A stretch of DNA of 64,000 nucleotides from Candidatus Woesearchaeota archaeon (lineage in GTDB: Archaea; Nanobdellota; Nanobdellia; Pacearchaeales; GW2011-AR1): contig CAZBPV010000004.1 in NCBI GenBank assembly GCA_964493885.1, positions 205-64,204 on the forward strand. The letters run 5' to 3'. The position numbers and the translations under genes were made by a program. This document shows positions 28,408 through 38,002 of this stretch, in pieces. The notes under the pieces were generated by a model. That model was not told the origin of the DNA and did not search any database. It was given only the letters and a program-made list of their open reading frames with translations. Numbering within the stretch: position 1 is the first letter of the stretch; each line of letters starts with the position of its first letter.

Positions 28408-30597
28408 CTACTGATTTTCCGCAAGCCCTTTTCTATCTCTGATTTTTCTTATTACATCAGCCTGCAAACTCATTGGAATTGGTTCAAAGAGTTGGTCTTT
28501 TAATGAAGATGTTCCTCGTCCTTCAGTTGCACTTCTTAAGTCATTGCTCCAACCAATCATTTCTGCAACTGGAATCTTTGCCTCTACTGAAGCACTTGCA
28601 CCTTCTTGAGTAACATCAAGCATCTGCCCTCTTTTTCCTCCAACAAGTTTAGTCATTTCGCCTAAGAATGCTTCTGGAACTTCAATCAAATGAATCTGTA
28701 ATGGTTCTAATAGTGTTGCTCCACCTTGCCTCATAGCACCAGTTATTGCTTCTCTTACAGCAGGATAAACTTGAGCAGGACCTCTGTGAATAGCATCTTC
28801 ATGAAGTCTTATATCCATTAATGATACTTTCATTTTTGTGCACGGCTCTCTTGCTAATGGCCCTTGGTCAATAACCATTTCAAAAGCATCCAACACCATA
28901 TCAATAACTTCCCCAATATGAACTTCTCCACGAGTCTCATCCATAAAAATATTTCCTTTATAGATATCCCTTACATTTCTAACACTGTCTCCACTCCAAC
29001 CTAAACCAGATAAAACATTAAATAAGTCTTGGGATTTTTTCTTTACTCTTCCTTCAGAAATCTCTCTTTTTTGTATTGCTTCATAAACAGACTTCTCTAA
29101 AGGTTCAACTTTAATAAAAAAGCTGTTATGTTTGTTTGGGGAACGTCCTTCAACAGAAGGTGATTGTTTACCCACAGTCTCTCGATAAACAACAATTGGA
29201 GGAGATGTCCTTACCTCAAGTCCTTTTTCAGTCTTGATCCTATTCTCAATAATCTCTAAGTGTAATTCTCCCATTCCAGACATTAAATTTTCTCCTGTTT
29301 GTTCATTAATCTCAATTTTTATTGATGGATCTTCTTTGCTAACTTTTCTTAATATCTCTACAAGCTTTGGCAAATCCATTGATTTTACAACTTCAATTGA
29401 TTTTGTAATTACAGGCTCAAACAAGTGTTTTATCTCTTCAAAAGGAGTCTGTTCTTTTACTGTAATTGTGTCCCCAACATTAACATTGAGTCCAGATATT
29501 GCAAGAACATTCCCACAAGGAACTCTCTCCATTTGTTCTGGCTTTATTCCATTATACACAAGAACTTGTTGAATTTTTCCTTTTATTTTAGCCTCATTTG
29601 CATAAACTTCCATTCCATTGACAATTGTCCCAGAATAAAGTCTTCCAGCAGAAATTTCTTTTCCAGAACGAGGATCAATTACTATTTTGGTGATTACAAA
29701 TGCTATTTCCCCCTTTTCATTGCAATTAACCAAATCCTGTCCAAATTGGCTGTCTAATTCCCCTTTCCAAATTTTTGGGATTCTGTATTTTTGAGCCTCA
29801 AGTGGATTTGGAAGATGTTTTACAGCCATATCTAAAATTACCTCATACAATGGAGCATTTTCCCATACCCATTTCATTCTTTCTTTTTCCTCTAAATTAT
29901 AAATATTACATATATCCTTAAAAGAAATTCCTTTCTTTTTCATATACGGAATAGACATTGCCCAGTTATCTCTAGCTGAACCAAAAGCAACACTTCCTTC
30001 TAATACATTAACCTTCCATTTCTCCTTGAATCCAGTTTCTGCAATCTGAGAAAGAAGCATATTAAATTCCTCAATTATTTTCTTGAATCTTTCCTGCATT
30101 TGTTCAGGGGTTAATTTTAATTCCTTGATTAACCTATCAACCTTATTAATAAAAAGAACTGGCTTTACTCTTTCTCTTAGTGCCTGTTTCAAAACAGTTT
30201 CTGTCTGAGGCATAACTCCTTCAACAGCACAAACAAGAACAAAAGTTCCGTCAATAGCTCTCATAGCCCTTGTTACATTTCCTCCAAAGTCCACATGTCC
30301 TGGAGTATCAATAAGATTAATTAGATACTCTTTGTCTTGAAATTTATGAGCCATAGAAACATTCGCAGCATCCACTGTCATTAATCTCTCTTGTTCATCT
30401 GAGTGCTGCCAGGTTGTCATTCCTTCATCTAAATCTCCTGCATTTTTTGTAGCCATTAAACCAGCAGCAGCTAAGAGATTGTCAGTAAAAGCAGTTTTAC
30501 CATGGTGAATATGCGCACTAGTCGCCACATTTCTAATGGTTTCTCTTTTAGTGATTAGTCTTTTAATCTTCTCTAAGCTTGATTCTTTATCTGCCAT
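28408..30597 (-). CDS. fusA: translation elongation factor 2
   Basis: AHIHHGKT, DTPGHVDF, NKVD and the diphthamide-site context HEDAIHRGPAQ. Confidence 0.95.
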   Translation of the reverse strand: MADKESSLEKIKRLITKRETIRNVATSAHIHHGKTAFTDNLLAAAGLMATKNAGDLDEGMTTWQHSDEQERLMTVDAANVSMAHKFQDKEYLINLIDTPGHVDFGGNVTRAMRAIDGTFVLVCAVEGVMPQTETVLKQALRERVKPVLFINKVDRLIKELKLTPEQMQERFKKIIEEFNMLLSQIAETGFKEKWKVNVLEGSVAFGSARDNWAMSIPYMKKKGISFKDICNIYNLEEKERMKWVWENAPLYEVILDMAVKHLPNPLEAQKYRIPKIWKGELDSQFGQDLVNCNEKGEIAFVITKIVIDPRSGKEISAGRLYSGTIVNGMEVYANEAKIKGKIQQVLVYNGIKPEQMERVPCGNVLAISGLNVNVGDTITVKEQTPFEEIKHLFEPVITKSIEVVKSMDLPKLVEILRKVSKEDPSIKIEINEQTGENLMSGMGELHLEIIENRIKTEKGLEVRTSPPIVVYRETVGKQSPSVEGRSPNKHNSFFIKVEPLEKSVYEAIQKREISEGRVKKKSQDLFNVLSGLGWSGDSVRNVRDIYKGNIFMDETRGEVHIGEVIDMVLDAFEMVIDQGPLAREPCTKMKVSLMDIRLHEDAIHRGPAQVYPAVREAITGAMRQGGATLLEPLQIHLIEVPEAFLGEMTKLVGGKRGQMLDVTQEGASASVEAKIPVAEMIGWSNDLRSATEGRGTSSLKDQLFEPIPMSLQADVIRKIRDRKGLAENQ

Positions 30598-30637
30598 GAT
30601 TATTTTATCTTTGAATATTATTCAATTGAAAAATTGG

Positions 30638-30645
30638 TTTATAAA
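30638..30645 (-). promoter_or_regulatory. palindromic TATA box TTTATAAA upstream of fusA
   Basis: Lies 41-48 nt upstream of the fusA ATG. The same octamer recurs upstream of many genes in this window. Confidence 0.4.
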
Positions 30646-30667
30646 TTTTAGTATAACAGAAGCAACT

Positions 30668-31282
30668 TTATCTTGCACTATCTGCCTGTTTTTCACTCTC
30701 ATTCTTTTTTCTGTATGCAAAACTTTCTCCATTCGCTTCAGAAGCTAGCATAATTTCTTCTGCTAATCCCTGAGCAATTGTTTTTTTCTTATTAAATGCC
30801 TTATCAGATGCTCCATGCACGAGATGCTTTAATGTTATATTTACTCTTCTTAATGGAGAAACATCTATTGCTTGAGGATATCTTGCACCACCATATTCAA
30901 TTACAGTGATTTCATCTCTTGGAGAAGAATTTTCAATAGCGTCAACTAATACTTGAACAGGATTTTTTCCTGTTTTTTTTGCAATCATTTCAAAAGCATC
31001 TAGAACAATTCCCATGTTCTTTGAATATTTTCCAGTTGCATTTCCTTTTTCTAATTTATGTTTTTTACCTCTATGCCCGGCAGTAGCAATCTTATTCATG
31101 AGTCTCTCAACAATATTAACCTTAATCTGCCCCATTTTTGAGACGTTTCTTCCTTGGCTTTTCAAAATTAATTTAGGCTTTAGATTTATAACACTCTTTA
31201 ATCCTGGATCTTTGACTTCTACTTCACTAAGGTCATATAAATCAAAAATTTTAAAATCAGGGAGTTGTATTTGTTCTGTCAT
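30668..31282 (-). CDS. rps7: 30S ribosomal protein S7 (uS7)
   Basis: Archaeal uS7 sequence features and its operon position between rps12 and fusA. Confidence 0.9.
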   Translation of the reverse strand: MTEQIQLPDFKIFDLYDLSEVEVKDPGLKSVINLKPKLILKSQGRNVSKMGQIKVNIVERLMNKIATAGHRGKKHKLEKGNATGKYSKNMGIVLDAFEMIAKKTGKNPVQVLVDAIENSSPRDEITVIEYGGARYPQAIDVSPLRRVNITLKHLVHGASDKAFNKKKTIAQGLAEEIMLASEANGESFAYRKKNESEKQADSAR

Positions 31283-31705
31283 TTAACGTCTACCTTTCTC
31301 AATCTGACCTTTCCATAATCTATGCAGAGGTTGATCATTTACTTGAATAACTTGATATCTTACTCCAGGAATATCTCCCTTAGTTCTTCCTTGTTTTCCA
31401 CCAATTCTCTCAATTAGTACTTCATCATGCTCATCAATGAATTTTTGTGCTAGATTCCCAGGGATAAATGCAGTAACACTCTTCCCATTTTTAGTTAATT
31501 GAACTTTGCAGCATTTTCTCATCGCTGAGTTTGGTTGTTTTGCTTCTTTTTGAACTTTAGACAAAACAATTCCTTTTGCTTGGCTTGCTCCTTCTAATGG
31601 ATCAGACTTTGCAAATAAATCTAGAGTTCTAGTCTTATATTTTTTATCGCTCCATCTAAATCTTTTTCTGTCTTTTTTCTTTTTTAAAGCGTTTTTTAAT
31701 CCCAT
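31283..31705 (-). CDS. rps12: 30S ribosomal protein S12 (uS12)
   Basis: The conserved PNSAMRK core (...[25 protein letters not shown]). Confidence 0.9.
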   Translation of the reverse strand: MGLKNALKKKKDRKRFRWSDKKYKTRTLDLFAKSDPLEGASQAKGIVLSKVQKEAKQPNSAMRKCCKVQLTKNGKSVTAFIPGNLAQKFIDEHDEVLIERIGGKQGRTKGDIPGVRYQVIQVNDQPLHRLWKGQIEKGRR

Positions 31706-31742
31706 TTTAATCCTTGAGAATACTAATCCTTAATAAAGTTGA

Positions 31743-31750
31743 TTTATAAA
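31743..31750 (-). promoter_or_regulatory. TATA box TTTATAAA upstream of rps12
   Basis: Lies 38-45 nt upstream of the ATG at 31705. Confidence 0.4.
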
Positions 31751-31767
31751 GTTTGCTTTATAGCAAA

Positions 31768-32193
31768 TTAAATAATCTTAAACTCTTTTCCAAAGAAATC
31801 CTTAACAATTCTCTGCATTTCAATAAGCCTTCTTTTGTCTCTGCCTAATAATGCAGCCTTGCTGTTTTTTCCAGCAGTTAATATTATTTCATTATCCCTT
31901 ATCTCAAGATTTCTAAATGTAACTGGACTAACAATTGCTTCAATGAAATGTCTTGCATGTTGAATGCCCTGAGGGATTGGAATCACTTTTATTTTTTTCC
32001 CAAGAATTTCACTAATCTGCCTTATGTTCCTTCCTTTTTCTCCAATTGCCATGGGGATAAGTGATCTTGGAACACAGAAAATAATTATATCATTATATTG
32101 AATAACATGCCTCGTAGAGACTCTAGTTATTCTGTTAAATAAATTAAGATGCCTTAAATCCTGCATATTTATTGTCCCAGCCATTAACATCAT
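31768..32193 (-). CDS. nusA: archaeal NusA-like protein (two KH domains)
   Basis: GEKGRNIRQISEILGKKIKV and AALLGRDKRRLIEMQRIV are KH GxxG-type segments. Size and position are as in the archaeal rpo-rps operon. Confidence 0.8.
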   Translation of the reverse strand: MMLMAGTINMQDLRHLNLFNRITRVSTRHVIQYNDIIIFCVPRSLIPMAIGEKGRNIRQISEILGKKIKVIPIPQGIQHARHFIEAIVSPVTFRNLEIRDNEIILTAGKNSKAALLGRDKRRLIEMQRIVKDFFGKEFKII

Positions 32194-32216
32194 ATTAAAC
32201 TTTAATAAAGAATCCT

Positions 32217-32224
32217 TTTATAAA
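32217..32224 (-). promoter_or_regulatory. TATA box TTTATAAA upstream of nusA
   Basis: Lies 24-31 nt upstream of the nusA ATG (leaderless spacing), about 5 nt downstream of the protease stop codon. Confidence 0.4.
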
Positions 32225-32229
32225 TCTTC

Positions 32230-35148
32230 TTATTGCAAATGGAATTTTTTTACAACCCAGTCAGCTCCAACAGCATGTGCTATTGTAGATTCTATTTTTT
32301 TCCTTTTTCTTCTTTTTATTTCTTGACGTGAAATAAGCGCAAAAATAAATATTGTTGAAATTAAAATCCACCAATACCAGCAAATAAAATACCTAAACCA
32401 GCAGATTCCAAATAAACAACAACTTTTATTTACTTTTTTAGAAGGTTCAGAAGGATTAGAATCTTCTTCTAGAATCTCAAGATTACCACTTCCTCTTCCA
32501 CTACCTAATTCAATAAAAGAGCATATCTGTGTTTCATTTGGTTTATCTTCACTTGTTCCACAATCATTTGCATCAACACATGTTCTTTCTTGAAGCCCAT
32601 TAATACAAATATCACTCCAGTTGCCGCAACTCCAATCCTCATCGCAATTTGTTACTGAATCTCCTCCGCCCGGACTTCCCCCGTCTGGAGGTGAAGTAGA
32701 ACTCTCCAATGTAATTGGGGTATCTGTCAGCAAGTTAATATCTTTGCTTTCATTTACTGAGATAGTAAAGTTCCCGCTTCTGTAATTTGTTGTATTTAGT
32801 AATAAATCAGGTTCAACATAACCTTGTGAATTTGTAGTACCCTGCCATACTAGATTGCCGTTGCTGTCTGTAATATTAACCTGCTTGTTTGGATACGGCG
32901 TTGTAGTTCCATGATAATATATGTAGACTGGGTAGTATCTTGTGACATTCCCTGAGCTAACTGAACCTGTTGGCGGCATGTCCACTTCTCCATAAATCTT
33001 CGGAGAATCATAAGTTCTTATTTCATTTGTTAGGTTTGAAATTTCGCCAGTGAAATTAATAACAGAATTATCTTGAAGATAAACAACCCCAATTATACTA
33101 GAATTTTCAATCCCAATTTTAATATTGTTTCTTATATCAAATCTATCTCCGCTAAATATAGAATTCTCTATAGATGATATAGAGTTATCAAGAGAATAAA
33201 ATCTAGAAGTACTTGTAGAATTAATAATCTGACTAGTTGAATTCTCTTTTAAATAAATATAATCCTTTAATGTAGAAGTTATTATCTCATGAGTTTTGTT
33301 ACCATAAATACTTAATTGAGAGTTTTCAAAAGTAGTATTGTAAATATTTCCATAACCATGAATTTCTAAATTAAGGTCATATCCGCCCACATTACTTTTT
33401 ATTGTAGAATTTACTGAGGTAAAATTAGCCTCAGAACTTACATTTATTATATAATTTATTGAGGCATCTACCAAGGTTAGGTTTGTATGATTAAGAATAA
33501 ATTTAGAGTTATCTTTGATATTTATATTACTTTTATTTATTGTAAGATTTTCAACAACACAGCTTGAATAAGCACTTCCAGTAAGATTCCAATCTATATT
33601 ACTTCCAGGATAAGTGCAATTTTCACTTCCATTAACTACTTCAATTACCCCCTGAGTGATAAGTGACTCAAAATTAGAGTCATTGCATTGAACCTCAAAA
33701 TCATATATTGCCGGTGTTGTGAAATTATGTATATGTTGGTACACCTCATTATTATATGTAGTATTATAAATTGAGCCATTTACTCTGATAAGACAGTTTC
33801 CTCCTGAGACTGAATTATTATTTGTCCTGTTAGTATAATTCCCATAAAGGGTTATGTTTCTATTTTTTATTGGGTATGGCGATGCAATATAATCTGCTTC
33901 TAATCTTGCACTTAACACTGCTTCTTCTGCATTTATTCTAGGAAAACTCAATTCATTTTCAGGGTCAGTTATGCTCTTTCCAGTTGTTTTTAATTTATCT
34001 TCTATTTGTTTTGGAGTAATGCTTTGATTTTTTAATTTATAATTTTGATACATCAGTGCAGCAGTTCCAGAAACATGCGGAGCAGCCATTGATGTTCCGT
34101 CTTTTCCTCCAAAATTACTTCCAAGAACAGTTGATTGAATATTTACTCCAGGAGCTAATAAATCTAGATTTTCTCCAGTATTGCTATCATCCCAGACATT
34201 ATCATTTTTATCACTAGCTCCTACAGAAGTTGCATTTGGTGAGCATGATGGAAAAGAAATCCCATTGCTTAAATCAATATTCCCTGAAGAAACAACAATA
34301 ATTATATTATTTGCAATAGCACTATTTATTTCATCATCAAAATCAGTTGGACAATTATCCTCGCTATATTCTCCATTATCTCCTAAACTCATACTAATGA
34401 CACTTATATTATATAATGAGGCATTATTTATACACCAATCAATTCCTGCAAGCACAGCATCTCCATCACATCCTCCTCCAGAATTGCATGCTTTTATTGC
34501 AACAATATTTGCCTCGGGAGCAACCCCCCTATAAGTTGAATCATTTGATGCAATAATTCCTGCAACATGAGTTCCATGTGAATTGTCATCCATTGGGTCA
34601 GAATCATTGTTTACATAATCCCAACCAAGAATAACTCTTCCAGCAAGAGCAGGATGATTATAATTAACTCCTGTATCAATTACACATATGCTTTGATACT
34701 TTCCAGTTAGATTTATATTATTTAATTTTGCCTTATTGACATCATCAGCATTGATTAGTGGAGCACTTTCATCAAGATGGATTTGAAGTTTTTTATTCAG
34801 ATAAATTTTTTCTACTTGTGGATTATCTGCCAAATTCTCAAGAGTTTCTTTGTCTGCTTCTCCTGCAAATGCATTAATAATTGAGTATTGGTATTTAACT
34901 TTAAACTCTGGATTTTCCATTAAAATATCTGATTGAATTTCTCTTCCTTCAGATTCTTTCAGCATAACAATAACCTCTACATTTTCAATTTCATTCAGGG
35001 CTTCTATAATTTGATATTCTATTTTTGGGTTATCTGCTAATTTATCCTCTTCAGTAATCCAGCCTGTGAATATCCCTCCAATGCAGAATAATATACCTAA
35101 GACTATCAAGACCATGATAATTTTATTAGCAATTCTGTGGTGTATCAT
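32230..35148 (-). CDS. subtilisin-like (S8) serine protease with long beta-rich Asn/Ser/Thr-rich extension, Cys-rich module and C-terminal TM anchor
   Basis: Catalytic triad contexts VIDTGVNYNHP (Asp), HGTHVAGIIA (His), GTSMAAPHVSG (Ser). N-terminal TM/signal. C-terminal aromatic TM helix plus KRRKRKK. Confidence 0.85.
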   Translation of the reverse strand: MIHHRIANKIIMVLIVLGILFCIGGIFTGWITEEDKLADNPKIEYQIIEALNEIENVEVIVMLKESEGREIQSDILMENPEFKVKYQYSIINAFAGEADKETLENLADNPQVEKIYLNKKLQIHLDESAPLINADDVNKAKLNNINLTGKYQSICVIDTGVNYNHPALAGRVILGWDYVNNDSDPMDDNSHGTHVAGIIASNDSTYRGVAPEANIVAIKACNSGGGCDGDAVLAGIDWCINNASLYNISVISMSLGDNGEYSEDNCPTDFDDEINSAIANNIIIVVSSGNIDLSNGISFPSCSPNATSVGASDKNDNVWDDSNTGENLDLLAPGVNIQSTVLGSNFGGKDGTSMAAPHVSGTAALMYQNYKLKNQSITPKQIEDKLKTTGKSITDPENELSFPRINAEEAVLSARLEADYIASPYPIKNRNITLYGNYTNRTNNNSVSGGNCLIRVNGSIYNTTYNNEVYQHIHNFTTPAIYDFEVQCNDSNFESLITQGVIEVVNGSENCTYPGSNIDWNLTGSAYSSCVVENLTINKSNINIKDNSKFILNHTNLTLVDASINYIINVSSEANFTSVNSTIKSNVGGYDLNLEIHGYGNIYNTTFENSQLSIYGNKTHEIITSTLKDYIYLKENSTSQIINSTSTSRFYSLDNSISSIENSIFSGDRFDIRNNIKIGIENSSIIGVVYLQDNSVINFTGEISNLTNEIRTYDSPKIYGEVDMPPTGSVSSGNVTRYYPVYIYYHGTTTPYPNKQVNITDSNGNLVWQGTTNSQGYVEPDLLLNTTNYRSGNFTISVNESKDINLLTDTPITLESSTSPPDGGSPGGGDSVTNCDEDWSCGNWSDICINGLQERTCVDANDCGTSEDKPNETQICSFIELGSGRGSGNLEILEEDSNPSEPSKKVNKSCCLFGICWFRYFICWYWWILISTIFIFALISRQEIKRRKRKKIESTIAHAVGADWVVKKFHLQ

Positions 35149-35300
35149 TTTTTCTTTAATAACTTATTAAATTTATTTTTTAGAAAATCATCTAAGATGT
35201 TGTTTAATTCCTCTCCAACTGTGATGTTTTTTAGCTTACAATAAGCAATGAACTTTCTCCAGGTTTCATCATCAACATCCTTGATTAGCTTGTGTGTCAT
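35145..35300 (-). CDS. small ribbon-helix-helix-like protein (51 aa), stop overlapping the protease start (ATGA)
   Basis: Own translation: MTHKLIKDVDDETWRKFIAYCKLKNITVGEELNNILDDFLKNKFNKLLKKK. This is a beta-strand/helix/helix pattern of CopG/Arc type. It is below the ORF-track size cut-off. Confidence 0.5.
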   Translation of the reverse strand: MTHKLIKDVDDETWRKFIAYCKLKNITVGEELNNILDDFLKNKFNKLLKKK

Positions 35301-35322
35301 AGTTAAACAAGATAAACAAGTT

Positions 35323-35339
35323 AAACCTTATAAAGGTTT
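35323..35339 (-). promoter_or_regulatory. palindrome AAACCTT-ATA-AAGGTTT containing a TATA core
   Basis: 7-bp perfect arms lying 23-39 nt upstream of the RHH ATG (leaderless spacing). Candidate combined TATA box and operator. Confidence 0.35.
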
Positions 35340-35369
35340 TGGAAGAAGGAAAGGATCTTTTTAACGATT

Positions 35370-37073
35370 TTAGATAATTCCCCAGTTTTTTAGATAATTT
35401 AAATATTCAGTTAAAATACTTATATATCCTTCTTGAGTTGATGGATAAATTGGTTTAACATATTCTGGTCCACTTCTGCCCTCTATCACGGCATTTAATC
35501 CATTTATTTGGTTTTCTTCCGAATTAGAACTATCCTCACTATGAACATTATTATTTGTAGTCATATATTCATCACCAACTTCCTTAGCATCATTGTATCT
35601 ATCCACATTCAAAAAAACATCTGGAGATGATGCATTTATTGTTCTATTAGTATTATTTATTATATTTAGTCCAAATGATTCATAAATAGGTATTGCAAGA
35701 ATCGCCGCCTCTTCTTCACTTATATAAATAATCACATTAACCTCAGTTGAATTTTCATTTTCACTTTTATCTTTTACTGTTAATTTAGCAATGTAACTTC
35801 CACTTGCATTGTAAGTAAGATTAATAAAACCAGCCCCTCCGCCATATATTTCATAGTCATTATTGTCATCATTTTCCTTATCAACTAAAACTGTAAGTGT
35901 ATCATTCATTCCTTCTGAGATGCTTATTTCATTTGCTCCGACTGTTCCTGGCTGGGCATTATTCCAGGTTAAATAATCAATTGTGATATTCTCTCCTGGC
36001 AATCCACTTGCTGTGTCATCAGCATTTATACCAGGGCTTGTTGTATCTCCCACAACAAAGAAATTTCCAATTTTGTGCCATTTGCTATCATCCCATACAA
36101 CATGTATATCATACTTTCCAAGATTATATCCACAAGGAATTTCAAATTCAAAATTTTTGTATACCTTTTCTTCTGCTGGAATTGTTAATGATTCATCGTC
36201 ATCTAATATACTTCCATTATAAACAGAATCACCATTTGTTCCGTGATTTACAGTGTGGTCTTCAACCATGAAAGTTATTGTTTCATTTTCTTCCCCGTGA
36301 TTTATTCCAAACATTACAAATTTAAGTTTATCTCCGCAAACATATTTATTTCCATTATTTTGCTCGTATTTTCCAGAAAAAAGAATATGCCCTTCTGCAT
36401 TAAAATTATCACTTGCAGTATTTTCATTTAATTCAACATCGTGCTTTAGTGCTCCGTTGCTTGCATTTGCATGAATATTAAAATCTTCTTCCTTGCTTCC
36501 CTGCAAAACCATATGATATATTCCTTCTAGAATTGAAACATTATAATTTCCATTCTCATCAGTAACTGCATCTGGAATTTCCTTAGGAACTAAAGCAGAA
36601 TAATTCCCAGTATCATTAAAAGTATCATAAACCTCACTATCATAAAAAGAAATATTTATTCCTTCAAGAGTATCATTAGTGTCAACATTATAGATTGTTC
36701 CATAAACATTTGCACATCCAATCTCATCTATTTCTCCATCTAAATCATTATCAATAAAATCACAAAACTCGTCAGGAATTACATTATTTGAGTTTCCTCC
36801 GCCCCCTCCTCCGCCTGAACTTTTTGTTTCATTTTCTATAATAGTAATATTTTCCTCTGTGTTATTTACTAAGTCAGTAGAATTATTACTAGAAGAATCT
36901 CCTGAACTAGGCGAACCTCCGCCAAATAACCCGCTTTTACTATAATCAAAAGCAGAATCCTGTGAATCTCCTCCAAAAATACTATGTCCAGTAATGCCCG
37001 CATTAATCGCAATTCCTACAGCAGTTACTACAGCAATCACCCCCAATATCACGAGTATATTGAGTATTTTCAT
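35370..37073 (-). CDS. secreted/surface protein with carboxypeptidase-regulatory-like beta-sandwich segment
   Basis: N-terminal signal/TM, Gly/Ser linkers (SSGGGGGGGN), and VYGTIYNVDTNDTLEGINISFYD...TDENGNYNVSILEGIYHMVL, which resembles CarboxypepD_reg domains. Confidence 0.5.
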   Translation of the reverse strand: MKILNILVILGVIAVVTAVGIAINAGITGHSIFGGDSQDSAFDYSKSGLFGGGSPSSGDSSSNNSTDLVNNTEENITIIENETKSSGGGGGGGNSNNVIPDEFCDFIDNDLDGEIDEIGCANVYGTIYNVDTNDTLEGINISFYDSEVYDTFNDTGNYSALVPKEIPDAVTDENGNYNVSILEGIYHMVLQGSKEEDFNIHANASNGALKHDVELNENTASDNFNAEGHILFSGKYEQNNGNKYVCGDKLKFVMFGINHGEENETITFMVEDHTVNHGTNGDSVYNGSILDDDESLTIPAEEKVYKNFEFEIPCGYNLGKYDIHVVWDDSKWHKIGNFFVVGDTTSPGINADDTASGLPGENITIDYLTWNNAQPGTVGANEISISEGMNDTLTVLVDKENDDNNDYEIYGGGAGFINLTYNASGSYIAKLTVKDKSENENSTEVNVIIYISEEEAAILAIPIYESFGLNIINNTNRTINASSPDVFLNVDRYNDAKEVGDEYMTTNNNVHSEDSSNSEENQINGLNAVIEGRSGPEYVKPIYPSTQEGYISILTEYLNYLKNWGII

Positions 37074-37166
37074 AGATATCTAATAGTCAATTTTTTATTT
37101 AAATCTTTCTAATTCACTGAGTAAGGGGGGCGAAAATGGCTTTATGCCGAGAGCTAAGAGAAAAGA

Positions 37167-37535
37167 CTAAACAGTACAAGTTAATTGAGAATTGGGTATA
37201 TTATTCCCTACTGGTTGGAATATAATTGGTCTATGTTGAATTACCCTATTTCTACTTATAATCTTGAAATCTAAGACAAATCTAAGAATATTATTTTTTA
37301 TTGTAGCTGTAAATTGAAAATGCTTTAAATCTTTTAGGTAATTTTTAGATATACCAAAGATGGTAGAGGCATTAAAAAATTGAATTCCCACAACATAATT
37401 TTCCTCATCAAAATCTATAACTAGATTTTCCAATTCCATGGAATAACTATAATTTCTCTCTTTCACTTTAAAGAAAAGTATGTCATTAACATAATCATAA
37501 TCAAATTGCCCAGGGGCAGTAAGTGACCTATCCAT
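37167..37535 (-). CDS. DUF2283-like protein (putative antitoxin partner)
   Basis: FDYDYVNDILFFKV...LVIDFDEENYVVGIQFFNAS matches the YD.e.D.lyi...vD.d..G.vvGiEi..as pattern. Confidence 0.55.
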   Translation of the reverse strand: MDRSLTAPGQFDYDYVNDILFFKVKERNYSYSMELENLVIDFDEENYVVGIQFFNASTIFGISKNYLKDLKHFQFTATIKNNILRFVLDFKIISRNRVIQHRPIIFQPVGNNIPNSQLTCTV

Positions 37536-37869
37536 TTTTTAATTGTTCTTCCTGTTTAACATTTAATATATAGAAAGTAACTATATAAAGTTTTTTGAGA
37601 GATAATCTTAAGATAATTCTAATTTTCTTATCCCTCAAATAAAAATATATTGCATTATAATTACCATTTGTTTCAATTCCAACAAGTAATGGTTTTTCAT
37701 TCCAAACTATTCTTTTAAGTTCCTCTTCCGTATGAATTTTTCTTTGTTTTTGACTTAATCTAAAGAAGCAATGTTCCGTGGTCTCTATATTATCTAGCCC
37801 ATATGCTTTAACCTTTTGTATAAATTTGATTATTTTAATCTCTTCAATTATTCTATGCTCTTTTTCCAT
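37528..37869 (-). CDS. DUF4258-like protein (putative toxin partner)
   Basis: TEHCFFRLSQKQRKIHTEEELKRIV...LYIVTFY resembles the DUF4258 H..R..eR.i pattern. An 8-nt overlap with the downstream DUF2283-like gene. Confidence 0.4.
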   Translation of the reverse strand: MEKEHRIIEEIKIIKFIQKVKAYGLDNIETTEHCFFRLSQKQRKIHTEEELKRIVWNEKPLLVGIETNGNYNAIYFYLRDKKIRIILRLSLKKLYIVTFYILNVKQEEQLKNG

Positions 37870-38002
37870 CTAATATTAAGAAGTTATGCTTTTTTAAATA
37901 TCGATGTTTTTGACTCCACACCAAAATAGTCCACAATCCTTTTAGAAATATCACTTATTCATCTCTTCCGATAAACGATTAAAAGGCTTTATCGCAGAAA
38001 AC

